From the NCBI GenBank assembly GCA_023213395.1, contig CM041465.1, positions 94,929,741 to 94,993,740 of the forward strand: a DNA stretch of 64,000 nucleotides, written 5' to 3'. Under the pieces are notes generated by a model. It ran no database searches, was not told where the DNA came from, and saw only the letters and a list, made by a program, of their open reading frames with translations. The translations under genes and the position numbers were made by a program. Positions 36,401-49,247 of this stretch are shown here, in pieces (within the stretch, counting starts at the first letter, position 1; each line of letters starts with the position of its first letter). The stretch is from Cycas panzhihuaensis (taxonomy: Eukaryota > Plantae > Cycadophyta).

Positions 36401-38010
36401 TTATGGTAAAAGTAGAGTCATCATCAACATAGTTGGCTTCAAAGAATGGGGATCCAGTTAGGCAAAAAAGTTTTCCATCAAGAATTTCAGTCATAACCAC
36501 AGCATTTGAAGGAGGGTGAATGGCACAGAGAGTTTGATTATTTGTAGTTACACTCAGATCAAATCCACGAGAGATAAAGGTGGACAAGGAGAGCACATTC
36601 TGCTTTAGAGCAGGAATATATAAAACATCATCGACTATAAAATCTAGAAGGCCTATGAGTTTTAGGTAAATAGTTCCAAGTCCTTCGACTGGCTGAGATG
36701 ATTTATTAGCCATGTGTACAACACCATGAACTTTAGAGTCAAAATCCTAAAAGAACTGGCAATGACAAGTCATGTCTTATGTTTCTCTAGTATCCATGAT
36801 TCATGATGAAGTATTTAAGGTGGCACTATTTGCAACTCCAAGTGGTAAAGGAAAAAGTAAATAAGCATAGCCACAATGAGCCTCAATATACTTAGTAGAT
36901 TTATTAACAAAATTTGATGAGGTGGTCCTAATTATTTGAAGGTGTGTATGAGCAAATTGTGTTCCACTAAACGCATCTTCAAAAGAAGTATTATCAACAT
37001 TATGTATACCATGACGTTGTTGATAACTTTGTAGTTTGTTAGTGGTAATTCTACAATTTTTGAGATAATGTCCTTTTTTATTACACCTTTGTCATACAAT
37101 TTTTTGATTTCCAGTCCCATAAGAAGTATTGAGTTGGTTGGATTGTCTCTGATTACTGGATCTAGGTCCAAGTTGATTATTTTGGCCTTGGCCTTAAGAC
37201 TATTTTTATTGGAGTTGAGGAGCTTATTGACCAAGAGGACATTATCCTTATTGTCTATCTCTTCCTCTTCCATAGAAATTACCACCTCTATAAGAGTATT
37301 GACCTTGATTTTTGGTATAACAAAGATCTTCTTCCACTTCAAAAGTAGCATCAACTGGATCTGATATAATGGCAAAGTTAGTATAAAAGGTCTTATCAAA
37401 TTCAATGAACTTATCACCAAGAGCCTCAAAGTTTAGGGTCTTCAAAGTGTCACTAAATTGAAGACTTCCTAATAGATTTTTATAATCTGAGATATGGAGA
37501 CATGACTGAATCAAGAAAGCCCATGTAATACATTGAGTTTTAAAATCTTTATCAATGGCTTACTTGATTGGATGAAGGAGATTGATTGTATCACTTGTGT
37601 GTCCTTTCTATATTTTTAATTTGTTCATCTTCAACACTAAGTGAACAAATTCTAAGTCTGATTTAGTGTCAAAGTTATTCTTAAGAACTTCAAGAACTTT
37701 CTATGTTGTATCATATACAGCTTCATCAATGAGATTATGCAGGGAATAATCAGTGATAAGCAATATCCCTGCACAGATTTTATCATCATCAAGTTCTTAT
37801 TGGTGTTTAGCTACAACTTCAGTGGGAGCAGTTGGAGCACCTCCTCTAGAAGTAGCTGAGGTAGTTGTAGCTATAACAGATAGTGTAGGTTACAAGTGAT
37901 CTTTCCATAAACCTTCATACTTTACAGCATTTTTGACACCAGTGAATCATATGTCTCAATTTTCTTTCCCTTTTAGAATGTAGTTTATATTTTACTTGAA
38001 CTATAAAGAC
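33474..38010 (-). pseudogene. gag-pol of H (interrupted)
   Basis: DDVLYIPALKQNVLS; YYITFIDDFTKK..LKTDNGGEY (IN); RLVAKGF..QLDVKTAFLN (RT); HWQAIIQVLRYLK..DSDFA (RT/RH). Confidence 0.92.
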
Positions 38011-38170
38011 ATGATGTCTTTTGAGAAGGGAAGAAATGAATAAGGGACTATAAAAGTGATAGCAATAAATAACCAATCACTATTTATAAATGGGAGATGT
38101 AATGAAGTAGTGTAGTAGAAGGAAGAAGAAGTGAGAATGGTTACTCAAAGATGAAGGGAGCAACTTAGAG

Positions 38171-38300
38171 AAAAGTCACCAATACTTGTGATAAATATTA
38201 ACCTGACACAGTAGGAATATGAGAAGCACTATGATGAAAGTTTGCCACTAACACTTGTGGCAAATATTAACCTAACACAATAGGAATATGAGAAGCATTT
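38171..38300. repeat. ~70-bp tandem duplication in the 5' leader of H
   Basis: ...ACTTGTG(A/G)(T/C)AAATATTAACCT(G/A)ACACA(G/A)TAGGAATATGAGAAGCA twice. Confidence 0.85.
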
Positions 38301-41300
38301 TGATTGTGATTACACTATGGATCACTTTTTACAAATAAGTAAGTGATCAATATACAAGATTATAGGCCAATATAGAAGCTGACATCATTGGGTCTACATA
38401 ACTTGAAACTCAAATGTAAGATGCGTAATCAACCCAATAACCTCTAACTTGTGTCCAACATGTAGTTGAGGTTGTTAAAGGGATGCCTAAGCTTCTAGTA
38501 GAATTAAGTTGGCCTTCACCCATGATACCTATAATTGTGCTTAATGATGAAATCCAAGTCACAACGGAGCCCAAGTACTCCCAATCCTCACCCAGTTCAC
38601 CAATAAGAAGCTATATACCTCCCCTAAAGAGTGGTACGTGCATACCCATAGCTATGATGGATATTAGATTGGATATATTTTAATCTTGTATTAAAGTTTT
38701 AGTTTTTAAGGTTGGTTATCAGGATGATCCCTGATTGAGGCGTGATGGTATGGCCAACTAAACCTCACCAATATTCTAGTTTAGTCCAGTCCCAACTTGA
38801 AACCCATATCTCCTTTATGGCATGACATTCTACCAACCAAGGTATCTCAACCTTGGCAAGTGGTGAACAGGCATAAGATGGCAAAAAATAACATACGTGA
38901 TGCGTTCCTTTCAAGAAGAGTAAAAGGATTATTGAATCGTATCAAACGTACATTTAACTAAAAATAGAATGCTTGCTTGGAGTGCTTTTGGAGTGTCTTT
39001 AGAGTGCTTGCTTTAAGCGATTTTAGATTGCTAAAATGAAATGCTAATGAGTGAGTGAGGACACCAGATATTACTCTGATCTAGGTGTTTTTTTCTCACT
39101 TTTACAATGGGCTTTTAAGCCTTGTAAAAAGAAGGAAGAAATTTTCTTCACTTTTTTTTTATTTGGTTAATATAAAAGAAAGTAGCTTTCACTAAATCAA
39201 CAATGAATTTCTCCCATGATGACAAAATGGAGTGCTAGTTTTTGTGTTATAAACTAGACTCAGAGCTTCATCTCCAGGAAGTGGAATCAGGTCTAAATGA
39301 GTTCTAGAAAGTTTTTGGCATCCCCACAAAGTTAAGAGATTATATTTTTCTAGAATTCTTACTAAAAATAACTATTGTTCACTAAAACAACAATAACTTC
39401 CTCATACGACATCAAAATTAGGTGCTAGATTTTGTTCTAGAAAGTAGACTCAAAGCCTCATCTTTGATAATTAGAATCACATCAATTGGAGCTCTATAGA
39501 AGATTTTGCAAACCTGTGAAGTTTAATAAGAAAATTTTATTTCTACAAAAATTTTAGGTTGCTAATATTTTATTAACACATAATACCATATGAAATTTTC
39601 ATCATATTTTGATCACCAGGATCCCAATATGGTCAAGGTGAGAGCATACAATGATGGATATTTTAAATGGCTCAAAACTCTTTAAAAAAAAGAAGGGTAA
39701 AACCTCCCCTTACAATCATTCTTCTAAATGCTGGAAATTTTTTGGAAGCATTTCCCCTTGTTAAATGGACAAAAAGAGGGGAAAGAAAAAGAAGAATGAG
39801 ATAGAATGAATAGCCACCAAATTATTGGAATCCTTGGGCCTTACAACTCCTTTTATTATGCTTCCAAACCTATAAAAGAAAAAGGGAAAGCAAATAATAC
39901 AAAATATGCTATCATAATAACTTGAAAATATTTCTAAATCCACTTTCACAATCTCCTTCACCACATGGATTATGGGGGAGAAGGAAGTGATGACTCCATT
40001 GCAAGCGTAAGTTAGGAATATGAAAGAAGAAAGCTTTGATACCACATGAAAAGAGTGGATCTATCCTTCATCTCCATACAGCAAACACAAAGGTAAACAT
40101 GGGAGCAAGATAGACTTGAGAGAAAGAAAGTAGCTCTTACAAAACGGGGAGGTAAGAATGAGCCTTCTCTATTGAGCTTTTACTTTTATATTGAGAGAAA
40201 GAGCATTAGAATTAGGTGAAATAAAATTATACATAATGTACATGAAAGTGTATTTCACTTAAGTGATCTAATTTAAAGTTCACTTAAGACCCTTTTTAGA
40301 AATAATCAACTAATGTAATGACCTTGTGGCATTAACCCTTTTCAATAATATCTATGTGAAGGCATAGGAGTTCCTTCCAAAGATATATTCTCAAATGAGC
40401 CATACACTTGTCTCATAAGGACCTCATATAGGAGTGTCTCTTCCTCATACTCAAATATATTGGTAATGTTTATATGTATAATCAAAGTAGTAAGATTGAT
40501 AACTAAAGTCTCATAACCCTCATAAAGAGTGAGAATACTAGTCTAAGAGGACAAGGATAGGCCTTTAATAGGAAGGCCTAGAAGCGTCTTGGATAGCCTA
40601 AGGTAAATACGAAAGGGGTCCATGGAAAATATAGAGGAAATACACTATTAGAAACCAAAGGAGAAAGGAATAAGATGTGAGAAATAGGCTCACTCAAGGT
40701 GAAGAATAAAGCACGATTAACTGGGTAAATATGTGTCAAATGAGTGACTCAATCAATAATAAGGGATAACAAGTAAGTAGGAATCTTTAGAAACTCCATA
40801 ATATGGTTGATAAAATAGATTAATAACCATATTAGGAGTTAGCCATTAGGGACTCTCTCACCTAATGATGATACGCCCATAAGGATAGGTGATCTAGGGA
40901 TGGTTGTATTTAATTCTAATGGATTATTGTACTTAGAGATGAATGGAAGAGAGAAGAGAGGACTACTCTCAACCTAAAGTGTCATGGCAAGTTGATATCT
41001 TTGGTACTCAAAACACAATACGAGAAATAACCCTAAAGAAGAGGAAATTTATATGTCAAGGATGTTAAGTCCCAATTAATTAAAAAACTTCTAGCAATAT
41101 GAGGTATTTGTCCTTAGGAGAGTATAAGCTTGTATACTAGGGATGTCAAGTCTTGAGTGATCAAGCAAGTCCTAAATGAAGGGAGAAGACCTAATTTAGA
41201 GAGGACCAAATAATAGAAACCAAGTTTTAAATATAAATTTAGGATGTAAATATGCATAAATACACTTTATTTTTCTTTTTTTCTAATTACTTAATAGATT

Positions 41301-44300
41301 ATGAAAATAGGTTTAGCACATAAGAAAGAAATATTCTAAGTTATTTTATTATGCTTATATTTATCCTAGTTACTATGAATATAACGTTATAGGTTCAAGA
41401 AAATAATGTAGGGAAGTAATGCATTCAAGAAAGATGCTATTTCACTTTTTCTTTCACATGCAAGATAGGGTAGAGATAAGAAGGAACCACTGCTCAATAA
41501 ATACAATAAAAAACACTTGCATATCAATTGACCAATTTCTAATCCTTTTCTCTCTTTAAAATTCTAATTAGAATGCGAGAAACAATGTAAAAAAACTCTA
41601 TAAGATCATTAAAACTTTAAAAAAGAAAGTGAAATTGAAAGGAGGGAAATGGCCTACCTTATAGTTTCTCATCTATACAAACCCTCAAGCGATAATCACA
41701 TCATCTAATTGAAGTTCCAATGTTCTTAAGATATAGTTACTTACTAATATGGATGTTAATATAAGTACAATAGAGAACAATCTAGAAATGACTTAAAATA
41801 AATTTCTCACATAATCTCAATAACATTTCTACTACACTTAGAGGATTATGAGAGAAGTAAAGGAGGTGAAAAGGCTTATAACCCTATAAAGAAAAGGTTA
41901 AAGTCTCCTTAGTTTACACTATCAAGATACGATACTCACCTCCTTAAAGAGTTCCTTAGTACTAGGGCTAGATGTGTGGGCCTTTTAAAGTTATGAATAG
42001 GAACCTGTAGACTTGGGAGTCCTTTACTCTTGAATGAGAAATAAGAAAATAAGATAAATATAAATAATCATCAGCATCACAAGAGTAATCTAATTTACCC
42101 TACATAACCAAATCAAATGATAAGCTATCTACTACTTTAGTTAAAAAAGAAAAAAAAACACATAAATGGATAAGTAAAGATAAGTGAAACTTGTCAAATA
42201 AAAGTGAGTGTTGAAAGAGTACAACATAAAGGCAAGGTGGAGCTTTGGAAGAAGTTGGAATAAGCCATTTTTATTAAATACTTTTATCATCTTTACACCA
42301 CAAATAATAATAGTTAAGCACAAGCATAATCAATATTGATCATTCATCCATTATTCCAAGCAATCTATTAAATCACCATGCAATCATATAATCAAGCCCC
42401 AACAACAAATAGGATAATGCAAGAGACCTAGATAGTGTAAAAAAGGGGACATGGTTTATTAAAATAGTTACTAGTTAGAAGGAAGGGGGTTTCATAAAGG
42501 TGACCTAAGCTTGAGGAATATAGGTAAATGACTTTTTGTAAGCAAGATAACTAAAATGAGTTAATGACTTAATGTTAACCAGGGGTGTAATAGGATTAAC
42601 TATATGAGGATAAGGAGATAGCCTAAGATGCAGGTGTGTGAGGGTAGGCCCTTATTAGGGACTTGGTTGAGCAGTTATTAATGGAGGGTTAGGTTGACAA
42701 ACAAAGGTAGACATAGTATATTCTGTTTAAGCATAACCATTAGGGTTAATAACTAAGAGAGGCATGCATTTGGGAGGCACTAGCCTAATACTCTCATTCA
42801 TAGAGATGTATGTATAGACTTTGGTCAAAATGATTGAGTGCAAGGTCCACTCATAGAGATGTGTGAGGGGGGAATTAATGGTTATATATGGGTGCTCTTT
42901 GGCCTAGATGAGGAATGGACCCTAGATAGTCCATGAAAGGACCATGAGATATAGGGGCTATCAACTAAAGGCATATTCTAAAATGAGTCAACTTTTCCCC
43001 TATTTAGGAACTCATATGTATTAAGGTCAATTAGAATTATAAAAGGATCTTAAGATATGTCTTGAGGTGTAGTTGGAATTGTAGTCGAGTCTATGATGTT
43101 GATTTACAACCTTTAGGAAATACAAAAGTCATTGCCTAAGAAGGTAAAGAGGAAACCTCAAGTAGAATACCTTGAAGCCTACAAGACCACTTAAGCAGGG
43201 GTATAGGTAGAAAGTCCATTATGAACGAATGAAATATGGAATCTAAAAAATGATTGAGTCTCTCAATTAAGGTAAAAGAACTAAATGGAATAGAGAGTAT
43301 GGATCTAGCTCAAAAGGAACTAGGAGAGGTTATGATTAAGAAGTTCTAGAAACTCTAGTATGGTCACCAAAGTTGATATGGGAAAATGGGTCCCAACTTT
43401 ATGTTAAGATAAAGACCCCCTAGGGGAGGGGAATATATTCAATATGACTAAAAGAAGAGAGCCCTAACAGATTCCACCCTCCTAAGAGGAGAGAGATTTA
43501 CTTGAATGTGCCTAAAGGGTTTGTTTACTCCTAGTTGACTAATGTAAATTAAAAATCATCTAAATAAAGAGAAAAACCCTAATTAAATCTAGCATTCACC
43601 TCAATATTTTGTGAATACAACTAAAAAACTAACTAATACAAATCAAACTATGTAAAAAAGAGGCACATAACTAAGATGCAAAATAAACAAGTTTTCCTTT
43701 GTATGTTGTGTAACCTAACCCAAGCAAGTAAATAATCACAAATAAGGGAAGGTTTAGGGAGTTCTTTTCACACTTGTACTTATCCTAATCACTCTCCAAA
43801 TATAATTTTTTTTACCTTTTTTTTTCTACAAAAGAGGAGAATACAAATCTAAGTGTAAATATGAGCTTAGATGCAAAGGTGGCGTTCCTTCCTCTTCTAC
43901 TTTTTGGTCACTTAGACACAAGAATAAAATAAGATGTAAATTCTAATGGAAGAATGATTCAAGTTCCTTCACTCCTTTCTTAAGTTCTTTGGTTTATTTT
44001 AAAAAATAAAAGAAAAGATGATGCAACATCATCAACTAGGAGGTAAAAAGAGAAAGCCAAGTTCCTTTCATTATGCCCTTCCTTAGATTTTCTTTTTAAG
44101 GAAAAAAGGGAAAAAAAGGAACATTCACTCAATGGCCAAGAGACTACATGAAACTAAGCATTTCCTTCCTTAACACTTCAAGTAAATATAAGAGATGTAA
44201 ATGGTATGGAAGTGTGAAAGGAAGGGAGGAAAACTTTTCTCTTTTTATCTTTCAACCTTAAAGAATAAACTCTTGCATGAAAAAGAAACAAGAAGAGTAC

Positions 44301-45527
44301 CAAATTTCCTTTAGTTTTTCCTTCAATTCCTTTGAATAAAAGGAGAGAAAAAACACTTAAAATAATCAAAAGAATTCAAGCCCACTTTCCTTTCCTCTTT
44401 TATAATCATGCATGCATGGATTTTTACCAAGTAAAGCAAGTAAAGAAATAATCCTAAGGAAATATGTTTGTTAAAAGTTCTACACCCCTTATGTTAAATA
44501 GCCCCTATTTAGTGTATCCATGTATTAAACCCATACTCAAATATTAAAGGAATAAGGTCTCAATATACTAAAATAGTATGAGAAGTTAAACCTCATAGGG
44601 CATTCAACTCACTAACTTATAACTAATGATAGGTTACTATCAATAGTGTTGTTACTTTAAACCTAGGACTCCCTAGTCTCCTTCTAATACCATAAGAGAA
44701 GTTCCTTATACCTCTTCAACCTTATGTTGCATGATATACCAATAGCATACTAGTTATGTTCTAAAGATTAAGATTGCATTTATAAGTATAATTACTCATG
44801 GGTGTTGTTCCCACTATAGAGGGCTAGAAATAATCAAAGAAGAGAACCAAAAAGAAAGAACCAAGGATAAAATTAGATCTCTAATCTAAAAGATCATACA
44901 AGAGGTCCTTTCCTTCTTTTATTTTATGTTTCCTTTTGAAATAAAACATAAACATGAAAAGTAAAGAAGGAAGGAAGCATATGCACCTTAGCTCACTCAT
45001 TTTTAAATAAAGATTTACAAATTCTAAAGATCTTTTTTAGTCAAAATGATTCAAATCCTAATTTGCTACTCAAGTTAGAGGCAACACATGATTCTTGTAA
45101 ATATAGTTAATTGCAAAGGCAAATAAAGAAAAGAATAATGATTCAAATCAATTTGATAATCTAAATCTTAAAACCAAAACACTCTTTTCTGACTAAAATT
45201 GAAGAAAATTTTCCACTACACTTAGAGATTTTAGATGGAAAAAGAGAGCCAAATTACATTAAATCTTATAGAAAAAAGATTTAGAGCATATATGGTTTAA
45301 TATAGGAGATCTACTTAAGAAAATTTAGGCAACATTTCTACTACATTTTCAAACTTTCTTACATTATAAAATTTAGACCTTTAAAGTAAAATTATTTGAA
45401 ACTTAAGAAAAAACTCTAAATAACTCTCAAAACTATAAGGAAACAAACAATAATTGGATTAATCAAGTTAGCACATCATTGCCAAAGCTTAACTAATTCA
45501 AATCTAAAAAAAATATTACTTAATTCT

Positions 45528-48500
45528 TGTTGGAATATTGATAATATACATTTGTTTTATTGTACATGCAAGTGGATTCCACTCTCACTATATTGACATG
45601 TATTATAAATACACAATATTGTGTATCATATTGTATGATGTTGTAATGATGTTTTGTTAATACAATGGAGGTACCTTAAGGGTATCGTTCTATCCTGTGG
45701 AGGTGCTTTTGTTCTGTTTATTTTTGTTTGTGAATATCTTACTGAGGGTTCTATTTTCTAACATGGTGTTATAGTGCCCATGTTGAGAGAGGTGTTTTTG
45801 TTCGGTATTGGAGCGGTGATTTGCGAGGTGCCATCAAGGGTTGAAAGTATATTCGAGAGAATAAACGTTGAAATTTTTGAAAAGTAATGGTGAAATTGAG
45901 ACAAAATGACTCGTTCTATAAAATTTTAGTGGTTGCACTATAGATTATTAGGTGAAAGTGCAAAAATTATAGTAGAATTAATTTCATCCTGCTTTTTTTT
46001 TGTTGCCATATTTTTGGGACAAATCTGTAACCTCAACTTCAAAGAGCCATAACTTTGGCTACAGGTATCTAAATGACCTCAATTTTTTTTTTATTCTATG
46101 ATTTTTTTAATTTACTTTCTAATGGAAGCAGTTTGAGGTTTATTAGAGTTTAGAGTAAAATTTTATTATTAGTTTATTAAAAGGTACTATTATAGTCTCT
46201 AAAAACCTTAATTATGAAATTCTTAAAAGGGGCATAACTTTTGATCTAGATATCAAAATTCAATTTCGTCTAAACTATTAGAATTGTATTTCAGAGGACA
46301 TAATTTCTATCCATATTTTATATATTTTTGAGTCATAATTTTTTTTAGAAATAAGTTTTTTAGGAATTTAATGGTCTCATATTGATATAGTGACGTGAAT
46401 GAGGCAATGGTAATGAGGTGATATAAGTGTTTTACACTCTTAGTTGGTGAAAGATTAGTAACATTTGGAATTGGCATAGTGCTATCTTATATGTGATTTA
46501 TATAAGTTAGGTAATACTACAATATGAGGTGACTGTTTGAGGCTCTTTTGTATATGTTCTGCATGGGAGAGTATTGTTGCAATTCGAGATGACATTAAGT
46601 CATGTTGATATGAATGTATTTGGTACTCTATTAGTGATTTGAGATGTATGATGGTGATTGTTTAATGGAAATTTGAGTGCTTTTTTACATGTGTTTGTAT
46701 GATAGAGCTATTATGACGATGGCATGGTATGGTAATGAGGCGATAGTGCATGTGCTTATCTGAATGAGTTAGATGGCATATGACAACTTAGTGCTTCTTG
46801 GAATATGATTTACTTGAAGGAGCTTTATGGGTATGATAAGGTAAATTTGAGGACAAGAAAAATGATGATTTGAGATAATGAGGTACTTGTTGCATGTGAG
46901 GTTACATGACAAGATTAGACATTTGTTGGGCATGTTAAGGGTGAAATTAGGGTTATTTTGATGATGTTTTTTCAATTGACTAAATGCAAAGAAGGATGAG
47001 TTTTTTAAATTACCTGAGTTGCAGGGAAACAAACTTTATTAAATGGTGTTGTGGCATGAGTATTGTTTTGGGCAATTAAGTGAAGTGTGATGTGTCTTGG
47101 CGATTTAATGGTGACGTGAGGTATGCATAATTTATATGAGATGTATGTGGTATAAGCTTTCATTCTATGGTAATGTAAGTGTTTCTTTGTATGTGACTAT
47201 TTGGAACTATGTGAGATGCATAAGACAATGATGCAATGATGAAGTTTATAATATGACGGACATGAGACATGAGAAAGTTTATTGAGATTGATGGGTGAAT
47301 TTATTGATTGAAACAGAGATGTGGTGTTAGAAAATGGCATTTACAATCATGAAGGATAATGATGTGGTTATGTATGTTCCTGAAACAAATGAATACTACC
47401 TAAGGGATTTGTTTCTTCCAGTACCTAAGTGTAATGGTGAAGACTACTTCTTTTGGATAATTAAAATGAGATATTTATTCATAGCTAGAGGTTTGTGGAA
47501 GATTATTACTAATGAAAATGATATACCTGAGGATGAAGAAGAAAAGGAAATACTTGAGAAGAAAGACAAAAAGGCATTCATTATGATATGTGCTACATTC
47601 AATAAGACTAATTTTCCTTCTGAATACTATTTTGTCATCCCTATGATTCTACATGCAAGTACTGCTAAAGAAGCTTGGAATTTTCTAAGGGAAGTATTTG
47701 AATAAATTCCTGAAGAGACACAATAAATGATTGAAAAGGCAATTAAGGTCAGTTATGATTATAGTATAGGTATAATGAATGAAGAAAATATCATCAACAC
47801 TAATGAAACGAAATGTCAAGATGAAGAATGTATGAGTACTGATGAAATTTCTATTGAATGTAAAGAAACAATGGTTGAATGTATTGATGAGACTACAACT
47901 ACTGATGAAGATGTTGAAAGTGATGAGTTGATAAAGGTTTATATAGATGACACCATGATTTCAAGAGAAATTGAATATGAATCTGATGGTCCTATAAAGG
48001 ACGGGTCTTATATTGATGATATTCCTACTTTAAGTATTGATTCAAGTTTAAATGATGTTCCTTCTTTGATCATTGATTCAAGTTCAAAGAGTATGCAAGT
48101 TGATCAAAACTCCACTCCTAAGATTGAAGAAATCATTGTTGTACATGATGATTAAGAACTTATACAGGACAATGATGACAATAAAGTTGTGTTTGAAGAT
48201 GGTTACTTATAAGATCTTCATCACGATTAGACTAGACCAGCCACAATGAAGAATCAAGATTTACACTTGTTAGAGTTGCTACATCATCACTACAGGATTG
48301 AATATGGAAATCAAGCTAAGAACATCATCTTACAAAGGCATCAGTACAAAATTGAAGACAAAAATTAAGATGAAGACATCATTCTATATTAAAAACATCA
48401 CTACAAGATTGAAGACAAGGATCAAGTTGAAGACATCATCTTCAAGACATTTCTAAAGACAAGGCATTAAAAATATAAATGACCCAAATGTACATCAAGG

Positions 48501-48731
48501 GGGAGTGTTGGAATATTGGTAATACACATCTGTTTTATCCCACATGCAAGTGGATTCCACTCTCACTATATTGACATGTATTAGAAATACACAACATTGT
48601 GTATCATATTACATGATGTTGTAATGATGTTTTGTTAATACAATAGAGGTACCTTAAGGGTACTATGCAATCATATGGAGGTTCTTTTGTTCTGTTTACA
48701 AATATCTTATTGTAGGTTTTATTTTCCAACA
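45528..48731 (+). mobile_element. Element A2: complete 3.2-kb non-autonomous copia derivative
   Basis: LTRs 45528-45763 and 48506-48731; TSD ATTCT; decayed PBS TGGTGTTATAG; PPT AAGGGGGAG. Confidence 0.95.
47334..48503 (+). pseudogene. Decayed mini-Gag ORF of A2
   Basis: ORFs 47334-47705 and 47727-48155 share a frame; ..STAKEAWNFLREVFE, acidic region, then HHYKIEDKxQxxDII repeats. Confidence 0.8.
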
Positions 48732-49247
48732 ATTCTAAAATTTAAACATAAACATAAAATCATTAAATCTTTAAAATTTCACACTAGACTTACAAATGTT
48801 GCATCAAATATTGTATGGAGAGTAATAGCACCCTAAATTCATACTAAAGGGACTTCTAAAGCACTCCAGAAAGTTGTATAAAAATGGAGAGAAAACACTA
48901 AGAGGAAAAAACTCCCATAGGAAGGGTGTAGATTTGGGTCACAAAGATACCAAATTTTCAAGGGTAAGCCTTAAGAGTAGCACCTAAACACTTCTTTAGG
49001 CTATAAATAACTCTCAAAGTAAGTATAAAAGTAAGTTGATAGCATTTACCTACATAAGAATTATCCTTCCCTTAACCCAAAGTTATAGATCTATTTATAG
49101 AAAAGCCCAAGAGGAGCCTATGGTTTTAAAGAAGTTGTTGTAAGTTAGGTGAGACTCTAAGAAATTTCTTAAACATATCTTTATGTACACACTTATTAGT
49201 GAAAAATATAGTATTTAATATTCATTAATTCTAACCCATGGAAATAT

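Larger units (their letters stand above)
26505..40344 (-). mobile_element. Element H: full-length decayed Ty1/copia, 298-bp LTRs, inserted in the F gag region; 3' LTR split by E
   Basis: LTRs 40047-40344 and 26505-26673 + 32886-33014; TSD ATAAT; PBS TGGTATCAAAGC (40033-40044, -); PPT 33015-33023. Confidence 0.95.
8480..42466 (-). mobile_element. Element F: old Tat/Ogre-like Ty3/gypsy (gag, protease, extra RNase H; no recognisable RT core or IN), hosting D, C, H, E
   Basis: Direct repeats ~8480-8655 + 17893-19706 vs ~41315-42466 (5' LTR 40816-42466). PPT-like GGAGGCAAAA at ~19706-19715 (-). Decayed Arg-type PBS ~40794-40812. Left end truncated and no TSD found, so LTR pairing is not proven. 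Confidence 0.6.
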
